Shown piece after piece: positions 1 to 14,020 of a stretch of DNA of 64,000 nt. The notes below the pieces were generated by a model that worked only from the letters and a program-made list of their open reading frames with translations, did no database searches and was not told where the DNA came from. The position numbers and the translations under genes were made by a program. The number at the start of each line of letters is the position of its first letter. The first letter of the stretch is position 1. Source of the stretch: Azolla caroliniana (lineage: Eukaryota; Plantae; Polypodiophyta); contig JBHGNT010000018.1 of assembly GCA_043228905.1 (NCBI GenBank), positions 10,788,001 to 10,852,000 on the forward strand, read 5' to 3'.

Positions 1-1400
1 CATTGCATATATATATTACATACATGCATGCATGCATACACATACATACATTGCATATGTATATTACATACACATACATACATACATTACATATGTACAT
101 AGATAACATCGCACACACACACACACACAATCATACACACTACAATAGTGCATATATACATACACATACATACATTAGATATATACATGGATATTATGCA
201 CATATTACAATCACACATCCATACACTTTGAATCATATATATTGACATATGTATATATGCATACACATACACACATTGCATGCATCACATACATTACATA
301 TGCATACACATTCGTACATTTGTACATGGACATACATATATTCATTCATACATTGGTACACATATATATGTACATATGCCTACAATGATACACATATAAA
401 TTTTATAAACATACATCCATACATGCACACATCCATACATACTTACTTACATATATGTTCCATAAATTACATATATACATACATATATTCCTAATACACA
501 CAATAGTATATGTATACATAAATAAGATATATACATATATATTATGCACATATTACAATCACATGTTCATACACATTGAATCATATACATTGGCATATGT
601 ATATGTGCATACACATACACATACACACATTGCATACATCACATACATTACATATGCATATATACATATGTGCATTCGTACATGGACATACATATATACA
701 TTCATACATTGCTACACGTATATACGTACATATGCCTATAGTGATATACATATAAGTTTTATAAACATACATCCATACAGATGCATACATACATTACATA
801 TGCCTATATGCATACACATATGTACATTCGTATATGGATATACATATATTCATTCATAAATTGCTACACGTATACACACACTATGCCTACAATGATGTAT
901 CAATTTTACCAACATACGCCATTCCTTGAAAATATACATAGACAAATACATGTGCATATGTATGTATTGTATTGTATGGATGGATATATGGATGTAATTT
1001 TGTAACATTTATACATGTATCATGGAAGGCATGTGTACATATATACGTGTAACAATGTACGGATGTATATATATAAGTTTTATAAACATACATCCATACA
1101 GATGCATACATACATTGTTACACGTATATATGTACACATGCCTTCCATGATACATGTATAAATGTTACAAAATTACATCCATATATCCATCCATACAATA
1201 CAATACATACATATGCACATACATAGTACATATACACAAGTACATAACACATACTTACAAACTCACATGCCATACACAATACAATATGTACATACATACA
1301 CACATGCCATACATACAATACATAGAATCGATGTAGTTTTTTTACAAAAATGGGGGAAGAAATGGAGGGAGATTACATACATGTGTGTTATGTTTTAGAA
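1..1400. repeat. Low-complexity (AC/AT)-rich degenerate microsatellite region
   Basis: Runs of CATA/TACA/CACA; all ORFs here are H/I/Y/T/M-biased artefacts. Confidence 0.9.
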
Positions 1401-1478
1401 AAATTGTGGAGGGAAAAGAAGAAAGGGGGGAAAGAGAGAAAGAAGGAAAGAAAGGGGTAGGGGATTGGATGTGGGGAA

Positions 1479-1516
<38 letters not shown>

Positions 1517-1521
1517 CCCAG

Positions 1522-1595
1522 ATGGATGTAGCTCAGTTGGTAAGGTTGCCTAATGGAGACCATGTGGTCATGGGTTCAACCCCTACATTCTACAG
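1522..1595 (+). other. Degenerate tRNA-like Pol III module (A box + B box)
   Basis: TAGCTCAGTTGG ... GGTTCAACCCC with tRNA-like G18-G53 spacing of 35 nt; stems and anticodon arm poorly paired, so not a functional tRNA. Confidence 0.6.
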
Positions 1596-1630
1596 TGGCA
1601 TCTAGTGAATTAAGAGATATATAATAGAGA

Positions 1631-1700
1631 GGTGAGGAAGTTGGGTTTCGAACCCACAATGTAGTGCTTGTAGTGCTAACAACTTACCACTAGGGTAAGG
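1631..1700 (-). other. Second tRNA-like Pol III module, convergent with the first
   Basis: Minus strand reads TACCCTAGTGGTAAG ... GGGTTCGAAACCC, same 35-nt spacing. Confidence 0.5.
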
Positions 1701-1769
1701 TAATTACTATAAAAAAAGAAAGAGAGAGAGAGAGAGAGCTCTAAAGGTTTTTTGCAGAGAGACAAAAAC

Positions 1770-2212
1770 AAGATGAGCATGCGAGCCTTTTGTGGAATTA
1801 TAAGTCATTAGGGATCGTGCCTAACTTCTTGGGTGTTCGATCGAGTCCGAGGGACACAATGATCTCAAAGAGTTTGCAAGTTCCCAATGGAGCTCAAGAT
1901 ATGATTGCCGATGATGGTAGCGATGTCAAAAGTGATGATTTGAAATCTGCCCTAGGGAAGAAAAGACGAGATGGTGATCATGCTCCTATACAATGACTTA
2001 CAAAGATGCAAAGAATTTATATGATCCGATTAATATCCAAGCACAATGAAGATTACCAAGCAATGTCAAGGAACTTGAAGTTGAATAAAGGCAACACTCA
2101 CCAGCAACATTGGAGAAGCTTTACAAGCGCTTTTGTGCATACGAGAAACTATCAACGTATCAAGATACTGAATGAAAAGTTAGAAAACATTTTCATGACT
2201 GAATTTGAATAA
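1770..2212 (+). pseudogene. NOP16: NOP16-like nucleolar protein pseudogene fragment (no introns seen)
   Basis: NYKSLGIVPNFLGVRS...DDLKSALGKKRRDGDHAPIQ*LTKMQRIYMIRLISKHNEDYQAMSRNLKLN resembles the plant NOP16 C-terminal half as recalled; in-frame stop and later frameshift. Confidence 0.7.
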
Positions 2213-2567
2213 ACTAAACATACATCACACATTCATTGCTTACGAAATGGAATTTGTATCAAGGGCATTGATTTTGAAGTTGTGTAAGTTGTGTTGCAGG
2301 AAGCCCTTTCGTTTGTTTCCATTATTTAAAAGTACTCTTGATTCATATGGGCAATGATCTAATGTGGGGAGAATAAATGTGAAGTTAGCTTGAATTTGTA
2401 CAATTAGAGAGTGGTCATCACGAGCCTCACCGCTGCCTCCTCGACTATCTCCCTCGTCTCGAAATCGTGCTCCTTCAAACTCAAGAGCCCTAAGCTCTTC
2501 TAGCCCGTAATTCTTCATCGGTCTCCGGTTTGGGTGGGGTCATGTCTATTTGGTTGAATCCATGTTT

Positions 2568-2745
2568 TGTTCTTGGTTCTTGGTTCTTGGTTCTTGGTTC
2601 TTGGTTGAGTATCATATTAGTTTTTAACCATGTTTGTATGTGTATTGTGTATTGTGTATGTGTATGTGTATGTGTATTTGCATATGCATGCTTGTGTTTG
2701 TATATGTGTGGTTGTATGCATGTATGCATGCATGCACACATGCAT
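2568..2745. repeat. (TTCTTGG)n tandem followed by TG/TA-rich microsatellite
   Basis: About 5 copies of TTCTTGG, then TGTATG repeats. Confidence 0.85.
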
Positions 2746-3130
2746 TTGCAACATTCCCTCTCATGTTTTTTTTTTCCATGTTAATTTTTGTATTTGCTGC
2801 GTATTTTTGCTATACAACCTCACAATTCACATTCTTCTTGTAGAGTTCCCTTGATTTTTGAAACAATTAATGTAGTGAAATCATTTTCCTTCAATTAAAT
2901 ATCTAGAGATGATGTCTACTAACAACTAGATTTTCTTTATAGTTACAAACCAAGAAAGCATTTGTCATGATAATCTCTTTTTCCAAGGAAGAAGGCATAT
3001 CCAACAAGAAAACAAGTGCTTCCTCGAGGGGAGTCTCCTGATGGAAGGAGGCTGAAACTGAAGAAGTCACCAACATGAAATCTACAACCATGAAATCTAA
3101 TTCTAGCACTCAGGATCTAATTTGGATGAG

Positions 3131-3291
3131 TTTACAACAATAAAATAACATTTTATTGGAATATGCACATCATTTTATTGCTCCGGAATGACCCCGAAGA
3201 AGAAAACGCAGAACTGATGGCGCTATTTTCATGGATGTAATGTGTAAATGTAGGTATATATCCCAATAAAATGTTATTTTATTGTTGTAAA
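3131..3291. repeat. Short inverted-repeat (MITE-like) element
   Basis: TTTACAACAATAAAATAACATTTTATTGG at 3131 and its reverse complement ending at 3291. Confidence 0.55.
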
Positions 3292-3644
3292 ATGTGCTAC
3301 ATCATTATGAGAATGCACGGTCCTGATTTCTCCTTGTTGTAAATAATTGTATGTATTGTAATATGGAATTGTTGTCATTACTTTCCTCTCATATAATGAA
3401 TCATTGTTTGTTCGAAACATTATTTGAACCTTAGGTAATTCATTATTATAGCAAGTTGGTTTTACATGTGTTTGTTTGTTGTAAACGATATAATCTAAGG
3501 AAAAGGTGTACTACAAAGAGATGTTGTATAGCAAATAGTGTGATTGATATATATGTCAAATGTGGCTTGACCCATGTAGCACATATATTGCTTAATAAGC
3601 TTTGCATATTGAATTAGTCATATATTAATCTCTTCCTTGTTAAA

Positions 3645-3947
3645 TGTTGAGAATCAAGCTCAACTTGGTCTAGTGTGTGAACTCACCTTGAGAGTGAATA
3701 GACACTCCAACGGTCAAGAGTCACCATTATGTCACCTCTTTGTATTCTAGCATTTAGTATGAGTCATAGAATCATATTCTATGACACATAACTTATGAGC
3801 TTTCACATTCCCCATGCTCCATGAGTCTTGTAGTTAATGAAGAGAGAGGGTGACTATATAAAGCACCCTCCTCCCACCTTGTATTAAGTTGACTCTTTCT
3901 CCTTTGTTAATATAATCTACCTTGCGTATACTCTGTGTCTTACTCCT

Positions 3948-3992
<45 letters not shown>

Positions 3993-6900
3993 CACACACA
4001 CAATTCACATCTATTCCGCTACACAAGAATCATACCCGATTCTTTACATGGTATCAGAGTGATTTGGTAGCTCGATCTAGCCCACTCGCCTCATCGTGAT
4101 CGTGTGTTGTGCTCCACGGCGACGACCAAGAACCGACTCACACCTATCGTAGGTTCGCTACATAGCTCGCATTCAAAGAGAGAAGAAGAAGAAGAAGAAT
4201 CGACATAATGAATACTCAAATGGGGAGCGCTCTCCCTACCGAGAAGTTGGATCGAAACAACTTCGCATCTTGGGAGTACAAGATGCACCAATACCTTGTC
4301 GGACAAGGCTATTGGAACTACATTAAAGGAGCGCATGAAGACCGGCTCCCGGATATGCAACATGGGAGGAAGACGCAAGCCGCGTGATGTATTGCTTGGC
4401 GACATGTGTTCACAATCACATGCTCGGCTACATTCGCGAAGCCAAGACGCCACGGGCCGACATGTACGTTGTCTTCGATCGGATGGCGCCAAGGAGTACT
4501 TCTCGGACGATTTCACGGCGTATCTCCGAAAGGAAGGAATTCAGCGAGAATTTACTTGCCAACACACTCCGCAACAAAACGGAGTAGCCGAGCGCAAAAA
4601 TCGGCACATCCTCGAAGTACCGTGGGCCATGATGAACGAGAAGCATATGCCCAAGTCATATTTGGCCGAAGCTGCAAATACGACCGTCTACCTAATGAAC
4701 CGATGCACAACATCCGGCGTGCACGAGGTCACTCCGCACGAAAAATACTTCGGAAAGAAGCCGGACTTACCGCACACCCGGATATTCGGCGCGATAGTGT
4801 ACGTGCACATCCCCGATGAGAAGCGTCAAAAGCTTGACCCGATGTCGGAGAAATGTATCCTCGTAGGATACTCACTGGAGCAAAAGGGGTACAAGTGCTA
4901 CAACCCTTCAACTCGAAAATCTCGAGTAAGTCGAGACGTCGTTTTTGACGAGTCCGCATCCTGGTATGCACTAGATACAACTCCGACTCCGACTCCGCTC
5001 GACCCGGAATCCGCCGAACAAGAGATAGAGGATGACGATCTCCTTAGGCGCATGTTCGAAGAAAGTCCGATCACGACTCGACTGAGCGGACCACAAGAGC
5101 CTTTGAGCGATCAAAGCACATCACGGCCTAGCCCGAAGATGGACAAAGGCAAGGAGAAAATGTCGGAATACGAAGACGATCGATCGACGACGATGAGTCG
5201 ACTCACTCACTCGACAGTGAGTTCGGCGGCTTCGATGTTCCAATCAGAGCTAAGAAAGCCCTCATCTCTACAAATGAAAAGCTCCGTCGCTTCACCCGTG
5301 AAAAGAATCCGGTCAGCCGATTCGGCTACAACGACTACATGGCATATCACTATGCCTTTATGATGAAGGTGGCAATAGTACGCGAGCTGGAAACATTTTC
5401 CGAAGCAGCCAAGGAACGAGGAGATGCACGCACTACGCAAGAACAAGACGTGGGATCTCGTTCCCACCTCACCACACAAAAAGGCGATTGGATGTAGATG
5501 GATTTACAAAGTGAAGTACAACGCCAACGGTTCCGTCATCTGCTACAAAGCGCGACTCATAGCGAAAGGCTATGCCCAAACGCACGCAGTTGACTACAAA
5601 GAGACCTTTGCCCCGGTGGCAAAGATGACAACGGTACGGACCGTAATTGCGCTTGTTGCGGCGAAAGGGTGGCACCTTCATCAAATGGACGTCAAGAACG
5701 CCTTTCTACAAGGCGAACTGGAAGAGGAGGTGTACATGATACAACCACCCGGCTTCAACTCGAGCACCCATCCGAAAGCTGTATGCCAACTCAAGAAGCC
5801 ACTCTACGGCCTCAAGCAAGCATCGCGTGCTTGGCATTCGAAGATAACGCAATATCTTCATCAAATCGGCTTTCGTATGTCAAAATCGGACAACTCCCTC
5901 TACATACGAAGCAATTCCGCAAGTTCGATCGTCATCATCTTATATGTGGATGACCTAGTCATTGGAGGGGAGCATCTTGTTGAAATAAATAAGGTCAAAT
6001 CCCTCCTTTCCGACAAGTTTGAGATGACGGACATGAGGGAACTCCACTACTTTCTTGTCATCGAGGTAATTCGGACTCCGGTCGGAATCATGATCTCTCA
6101 ACGACACTACATTCTTAACTTGTTATACAAGTTCGGGCTGACGGAGTGCAAATCGATCGCTACGCCTCTCAATAGAAACCTCAAACTAGATGCCGACTCC
6201 GCCACAAACGAGTGCGATCCGACTCAATATCGACAACTGATCGGGAGTCTCATCTATCTCACGATCACACAACCCGACCTTAGCTATCCGGTCAGACTCC
6301 TTAGCCAATTCATGCAAACTCCGCGAGATATCCATTTCGATTGCGCTAAGCGAGTATTATGATATGTTAGCGGAACAATGGATTATGGGATTCTCTACAA
6401 ATCGGCCACACCAATACGACTCGAAGGATACACGGACACAGATTGGGCTGGCTACAAAGCCGATCAACGATCGCCTTCCGGATTCGTCTTCTCCCTCGAC
6501 AGCGGAGCGATTTCGTGGAGTAGCAAGAAGCTTCCTACCATCGCTCTTTCGAGTACGGAGGTTGAATATAGGGGCGCAGCCATAGCTACGTGTGAAGTCG
6601 TACGGCTCAAGAGGATTTTGAAGGATCTAGACGTACCCATCAAGGATCCGACTTCCCTTTAGTGCGACAACATGAGCAATATCTATCTGGCTCGGAACCC
6701 GGTGTTCCACGTGCGGACAAACACATCGAAGTGCACTATCACTTCATCTGAGAGCGCGTTCTCGATGGCGATGTCGACCTACAATATATTAGCACTAATC
6801 TTCAAACGACCGACATCTTCACTAAAGCCTTAGGAGCCGACAAGCTATGGCAATTCATGACCGATCTCGGATTGACGATCCCTGACCTGCCAAGCTTGAG

Positions 6901-7534
6901 GGGGAGTACTGAACACGCTACGCAATAATGCATGGATTCCGCAAACTGCACACAGTACGCAATAACGTGTGGATTACGCAACCACGCAACGAAGCCGCGA
7001 AGAAAGACGCAAGACAACTTCGCAACTACGCACAACGCAAGCTGGAGCACGGATTTCGCAACTCCGCATAAATGTGAGTCGACACGGACTCCGGAACGTG
7101 AGTGGAAGCGGATTTCAGATACCGTCTGAAACCGACCTGACTTGAGCTTGAGGGGGCGTGTTGAGAATCAAGCTCAACTTGGTCTAGTGTGTGAACTAAA
7201 CTTGAGAGTGAATAGACACTCCAACGGTCAAGAGTCACCATTATGTCACCTCTTTGTATTCTAGCATTTAGTATGAGTCATAGAATCATATTTTATGACA
7301 CATAACTTATGAGCTTTCACATTCCCCATGCTCCATGAGTCTTGTAGGTAATGAAGAGAGAGGGTGACTATATAAAGCACCCTCCTCCCACCTTGTATTA
7401 AGTTGACTCTTTCTCCTTTGTTGATATAATCTACCTTGCGTATACTCTGTGTCTTACTCCTTGTCTCTCTCTCTCTCTCTCATACACACACACAATTTAT
7501 TCCGCTACACAAGAATCATACCCGATTCTTTACA
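3645..7534 (+). mobile_element. Ty1/copia LTR retrotransposon, internally deleted
   Basis: LTRs 3645-4048 and 7159-7534 (TG..CA), TSD TTAAA both sides, PBS TGGTATCAGAG (tRNA-iMet) at 4049, PPT before 7159; integrase (TPQQNGVAERKNR), RT (YVDDL) and RNaseH; about 1.5 kb of gag/protease missing versus the sister copy at 17968. Confidence 0.95.
4208..6900 (+). pseudogene. Broken copia gag-pol (gag start fused to IN, RT, RH)
   Basis: ORFs 4296-5363 (integrase), 5424-6362 (RT), 6378-6662 (RH) separated by frameshifts and stops. Confidence 0.9.
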
Positions 7535-7734
7535 TTAAAGAATGTTGTGATGTGAGAAATGATTGAGCATTTGAAGGAACTTCTTGTAGTGATAGCATAT
7601 TGATGATGATTGTTAATGAAATTTCATAAAGTTTAAATATAGAATATTTATCAAACCAAATAATGAACTCGTGAGTTTTTATTAGTAAAAGAATATTTAT
7701 AATTTAGGTGCAAATGAATGCCTTCCCACTACAC

Positions 7735-7950
7735 ACACATACACATAACACATAGATACATACACATATGTCATACAACTAGGATATACAACAGATACAA
7801 TATAATACATACACAAATAAACATGGAATACAATACATACATATGAACAAAGACATACACAAATAACACATACATACATATGCAATACAATATATGCAAT
7901 ACAATATAATACATATGTATACAACCATTTATAAAACATACATGTATCTT
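7735..7950. repeat. AC/AT low-complexity tract
   Basis: ACATAC-rich sequence. Confidence 0.8.
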
Positions 7951-8139
7951 CTATGTAAGGGCATTTAAAATGAGGTGTTGTGAAAATATATATTCGCAGT
8001 AAGGGTTATTTTTATTAGCTATTTTTCTATACAAGGGTATCTAAAATAGTAAAAAATATATGTATAAGGGGTTTATAAAAGGTGCCATGAACGCACGTGA
8101 TACAACCTCTTTAAACATAGTGGAGCCCATGGGTTCTCG

Positions 8140-11100
8140 GCCTAGGAACATGCATCAAGCAGAATTCTCTACTGCTTCGCATCCTCAGTGAGCAATCAGC
8201 TTCTAAGCTACACTTGGGATGTGAGGACACCGAAGGATGCTTGGGGAAATCTGAACAAGATTTTTGCCACAAGCACCACAACCAGAAAGCTCCAACTTAG
8301 CCAAGAGTTTAGCATTGTTCAACAACGAGATATGTCGGCGGTTGATTACACCTCCAAGATCAAGGACATTTGTGACTCTCTTGTCTCTGTCGATGTAAAC
8401 GTCGAGGAGGACGAAATGGTGCAGGTCTGTCTCGGAGGGTTAGCGTCGAAGTTTGGAGCATTCTGAATTGCGGTCTGTATGAGGCAGAATACGTTGTCGT
8501 TTTTCGACTTACAGTCAATGCTCCTAGTAGAGGAGAACCACGCGGGTGCGTCAACGAGTACGCATGCCAACAATAAGATATTGTACACGGAGGAAGATAG
8601 GTCCCGTGGTCGTGGCGAATGAGATGAATCGGCATGCAACGAAGGCGGTCGACAGGAGCAAGATGGAAGGCATGGTCATAATGCCAAAAGTAGTTCTAGA
8701 CCCTCTAGAAGCAAGGGAAGTTGAGGCAGTGCCGGAAATCGACAATGAAAGCCTGCCGCGGAATGCTGGTAGTGTGGCAAGAAAGGCCACAAAAGGCCAT
8801 AGGGAGAGCGAGTGCTAGAAAAAACGCATCGATTCAGAGAAAACCACATTCGGCTCCGGGCAGACCGAAGAAGGAAATCGACAACGATCACACTATGTTG
8901 AGGGCTCCTAACGAGCCAAAAATGGATCGGGCTTAGCCTTCGTAATGAAGCACAAAAGAAATTCAATGTCTATGACCACCTCGAAACTAAACGTGGTGTG
9001 GTATGTTGACTCCGGAGTGTCAAATCATATGACAAGTCACGAGAAATGGTTCTCGTACTTGGAGAAACCAGAAAAACAAGGAGTGGTCGAAACTGGAGAA
9101 GACACTCTACATACCGTCGAACATGTTGGTGAAGTTCCCCGCGGCCACGTCAGGTAGAAAGGGAAACTCATGAATGTGCTACACATCTCGACAATAACAA
9201 AGAACCTGGTGTCGGTTGGATAGATCGTCGACTAGGGGATGCAAGTTCGGTTCACGCATCTTGATTGCTACATCGAAGAGGAGAGCAAAGTCATTGTGCG
9301 AGGGCACCGAGAAGGGAGGATGGTCATCCTCAACACGAATGAAGTCAGAACCGCGTTGTTCACGAAAGGACAGAAGATCGAGTCGGACATCGACCTATGG
9401 CAAAAGCGGTTTGGCCATGTTAACATCCCGCAACTTTGTGAAATGCAGACGAAGAACATTGTTTTCGGATTGCCGAAATTTAGTGGCCGGAATGGCCAAG
9501 TCTACGAAGCCTGCCAAGTTGGGAAGCATCACCGACTTCCATTTCCCAACGAGTGTAATTGGTGTCAAAATCCACTCGATGTGATTCATTCGGATATATA
9601 GGGACCGACATAGAACGTGAGCATCGAAGGAAGTTGTTACTTTGTAACCTTCATCGATGACTTCACTCGGCACACTTGGGCATGCTTGATTGCGAGAAAA
9701 GGTGAAGTCTTCGCGTGTTTCTTGAAGGTGAAGAGCCTTTCGGAAAGGGAAACTGGGGAAAAGATCAAGCGCCTAAGGTATGATGGCAAGAAGGAGTACT
9801 TCGCCGACCAATTCTCAGCTTATCTACAAAAGGAAGGAATTCGATGCGAATTCTCGTGTAGATACACGCTTCAACAGAATGGCATGGCCAAGAGGAACAA
9901 TCAGACGATAGAGGAGGTGGCAAGGGTGATGCTTGAAGAGAAGCATCTGCCGAAATTCTATTCGGCCGAAGCGGTCAAAACAGTTGTCGACCTCCAAAAT
10001 CGGGAATTTTCCAATGGAGGAGTATTGCCACATGATTTGTACTTCAAGACGAAGCCGAACTTGGCACACTTGAGGGTTTTCGGTAGCATCACGAATGTGC
10101 ATGTGTCGAAGGAAAAATGGAGGAAGTTGGACGCCAAAGTCGAGAAGTGTATCTTGGTTGGCTACTCGGACAAACAAAAGGGTTATAAGTGTTATAGCCC
10201 CTCAACCAAACAATCTCGCATAAGTTGTGATGTTGTGTTCGACGAGTACGCGTTGTGGTACTTGCCTCCCCCATGCATTCCCCGCGCAAGAAGCCGAGGA
10301 GACACTTTACGTGAAAAGAAAAGGGAAAGAAGAAGATGCCAGAGTACGGCTCTGATAAAGACCAGTGGGATCAAAGCAAATCCGACTCCAAGAAGAATGA
10401 AGACGGACCTTCGGAAACGTAGTCCAGGTCGGCCAAGAGGACCTCAAAATCGGCTAATGAGCAATTATGTTGATCTACCCGCCAGAGGAACCCTGTGGTG
10501 CGGTTTGATTACAACGAGTACATGGCCCATCATTATGTGTACATGACAGGAGTGGCGGAAGTGCATGAGCTAGAGAGCTATGCAGAAGTGGCGAAGGACG
10601 CAAATTAGCGTGCCTCAATGGAGGAAGAGATGCACGGATTAGCGGAAAATGAAACCTGGGACCTGGTTGACGCCTCGAAGGGTGTAAAGCCGATTGAATG
10701 CACGTGCGTGTACAAGGTCAAGAACAACACCGAAAACTCTATCAACCACTACAAGGGAAGGGATATGCACAACACGGCATCAACTACGATGTCACCATTG
10801 CGCCGGTCGCGAAGATGCCAACTGTATGTGTCCTAGTTGCAATAGTCATGGGAAAGGGGTGACATTCCTGCAAAGAATGCGTTCCTGCAAGGAGACCTTG
10901 AGGAACAGGTGTACAGGTACAGTCCCTCGGATTTTAGTCTGGAAAGAACACTTTGGCGGTATGCCGACTGAAGAAGTCTTTCTACGGACTAAAACAAGTC
11001 TTGTGCGCATGGAACATGTAGATCACGTAGCGCTTGCGTCAGATGGGGTTTGCGACGTCCAAATCAGACTCTTCATTGTTCGTCCCGCAAGGTCGACATG

Positions 11101-12814
11101 GAATGGTTAGTATTTTACATTTTGTTGATGATTAGTCATCACCGACGCCGACTAGATGAAATCGGTTGCGTCAAGTCCCAGCCCATGGCATCATTCTACA
11201 TGAAGGACCTATGGAACCTTCATTACTTCCTCGAGATCGAAGTGATCCATGCCCCTGAAGGCATACTGATCAGCCTACGACATTACGTGTTGAGTATGCT
11301 CTTCAAGTTCAGGATGGCAGACTGTAAGTCCATCTCAACTCCTCTGGACAGAAATGTCAAGCTTCGCCAAGATTCAGGAAAGGGGTGCAACCCTGCACGA
11401 TTCTGACAGATTGTCAGAAGCCTAATTTATTTGATGATCACTCGGCTGGATCTAAGTTACCTAGCCGGCCTAGTCAGTCAATTTCTATCGCAACCCAGGG
11501 CTGAACACCTTCAGTGCGCACAAAGGATATTGTGCTATGTTCGCGGCACTAAGGATAGGAAATTGCTATCTCGGGCAGGAGTAGCCGAGCAGTTAGTCGG
11601 TTACACGGATGCCAATTGGGCCGGAAATGTCAACCATAGAAGATCAACATCTAGATATGCATTTTCATTACGAAGTGAGGCGATCACATGGAGTAGTAAA
11701 AAGCAGTCGATAGTGGCACTGTCGAGCACGGAGGCCGAGTATCTAGGAGCAGTTGTTGCTACATGCGAAGTCATCTGGCACAAGAGGCTCCTGAAGGATC
11801 TGGAGGTAGAGGTGTCCGATTCGACAACGATCTATTCTGACAACTTGAGTAGCATCCAACTTGTGAAGAACCCCGTCTTCCATGCCCGGACCAACCACAT
11901 TGAGGTGCACTACCATTTTTTCCGCGAGCGTGTCCTCTCCGATAAAATCGAACTAGTATATGTTCCAACGGATTAGTAGACTGCTGACCTCTTCAACAAG
12001 CCCCTTGGTCTCAAAAAGTTGTGGCAATTCTCAGGTGCACTTGGTTTGCGGCACCTCGATGTGTTGAACTTGAGGTGGTGAAAACTGCAGGAAAGGAGTG
12101 GAAATGACCGCGAAGCCGAGTCGGATGAAGAATTCAATTTCGGGTCGGCTAAAGAAGCCAAAGGCGGAAACAAGGGCAACAACCAAAGGTAAGAGCCGGA
12201 GTCAGCCAAAGAAGGGGGAGATGAAGCCAAGAAGGGCAAGAAGGCCAAGACCAAAACATGGTCTGATGTAGTTAAGGGCCTGAAGACAGAAGACAAATTG
12301 GAGACAACCAATTCTGACAAGAGTGGAAACGAATCGGAGACAGCTAATTCGGTTCAAATGTTCGATTCAGAGATACCAAATCAACTGAAGGCCAAGTAGA
12401 GGAAAGGGCAACAGAAGAGGCGCCAATATCGTGACAACAAGGGAGCTGAGAAAGGCCGCATGAGTAGAAAAGCCAACCGAAAGGGTCGAGGTGCGCGGAA
12501 TCGAACGGGTTGAGTAACGTGAGTGAGGCGTGAACCTAGGAGAAGCCGGAGCAAAGATCTAGAAGAGTAGGCAGAAACTCAAGTTGAGCTTGAGGGGGAG
12601 TGTTGAGATACAAGCTCAACATTGGGTGCGTAAACCAGTGTGTAAACCGGTGCGTAAACCAGTACGTAGACTGGTTGCGTAAACCGGGTGCGCAACGAGA
12701 GGCCGTTGGATAGATATTACGCGAAGGAATATATTTTGGGAGTTACTGTAGGGGCTCATTGATGAGCATTGAAGTATGATTGAGTACTTTTGTTGTACAA
12801 ACTTGTATAAAAGT
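8140..12814 (+). mobile_element. Degenerate 5'-truncated Ty1/copia element
   Basis: gag (KDAWGNL), protease (WYVDSGVSNHMT), integrase 9617-10546, RT/RH fragments to ~12070, PPT then partial 3' LTR from 12601 (TGTTGAGATACAAGCTCAAC). Confidence 0.9.
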
Positions 12815-13155
12815 TGTAAAAGAATACGTGTGGAAATTTAATAGACGCAACTGGGTAACAACAGAAAAAATACTAGAGACAAGAGAGGTTTAATGGAAAT
12901 CTTAATCAACAAAGCATACATAGGAGAGACAGAGAGAGCAGAAGACAGAAAACTCTATTCCAAAACAATACTCTAAAACTTTGTACATAGGATTGCTCAG
13001 ACAACACTTTTATACAATTCCATACGGACTTACAGAAGTACTGACTCGTACTTCAATTCTCATCAATGAGCCACTACACTAACTCCCAAAATATATTCCT
13101 CCGCGGAATATCTATCCAACAACCTCCCTCTTTACGCACCACTACGATCTCTCGT
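12815..13155 (-). mobile_element. Copia LTR fragment inserted in reverse into an LTR of the same family
   Basis: Matches the minus-strand LTR at 37510-37926; its right part is the reverse complement of ~12695-12812. Confidence 0.8.
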
Positions 13156-13785
13156 TGTCATGGACATGACAACAGTCATGTCATGATTCGAACTGTTGAC
13201 CTATTGTATTTCTGAGATATGTTTGATCCAATACATCCAATACATAATCATGTTACCTTACTAAATTATTGTACATTATCTATTCTACATGTAGGATTTT
13301 AGAAGCTTCCAGAAAGCTCCAAAAGGTAGAGCATTCTAGAAGCTTGTGCATGAAAATGAGTCTTTGCATGAGGCTACATTTAGAGCCCATAAACATGTAT
13401 AAATACAGGGTTTCACCTTGACCTTAGTCAAGGTGAACAAACTGTCACGGACAAGTAGATGAGGCTCAATACTAAGAGAGTGAGAGAGAGATCATAGACA
13501 AGATAATAAGAAAGAGAGAGAAAGTAGTCAAGAGAACAAGAACTCAATTATGATTCCATGATTGGCGGATCAATAAGACCTTCTTGAATTGTGTTGGCGA
13601 ATTTGTCGGTGGGAAGTGCTTTGGCTATCTCCTCAAGCAAAGAGTCGTCCACCATAGGCCATATGGGTTGCTCCAACCATTTCCCATTCCCAACCGGCCT
13701 TGGGCATCAATTTCCATGGATTTCATCACTGACTTGCCTCTTGTCCACGGATATGACACAGTGCTCGTCATGGTAGATGGGTAAA
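13156..13785 (+). mobile_element. Gypsy (chromovirus-like) LTR fragment plus integrase fragment
   Basis: Starts TGTCATG like the LTRs at 22260 and 33378; HSE-like GAAnnTTCnnGAA and TATAAATA; downstream peptide [29 protein letters not shown]. Confidence 0.75.
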
Positions 13786-14020
13786 AGCATGCGAGTGGAA
13801 ACACTATTATAGCTAATTAGCTACTAAAATTGCCATAGCTGATTACTTATTTGTTTAGCTAGTTTTTTGTGGCAAAATTTTATGTTTTATTAGTTAAATA
13901 CATGTCATTTAATTTATGAGATTACTCCAATATTTGAACTTTGGTTTCTGACGTAGTGGAACATGGGGAATAATGCCATCATCTAAGGTCGACTTGAATG
14001 TCATCAAATTCTTGATAATC

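Noticed and set aside
3-1398. Many short ORFs
   Set aside because: Translations of AC/AT low-complexity DNA
1522-1700. Functional tRNA genes (also the LTR-borne copies)
   Set aside because: Only the A/B boxes and spacing are kept; acceptor and anticodon stems do not pair properly
2240-3120. Possible gene fragments
   Set aside because: No recognisable family motif
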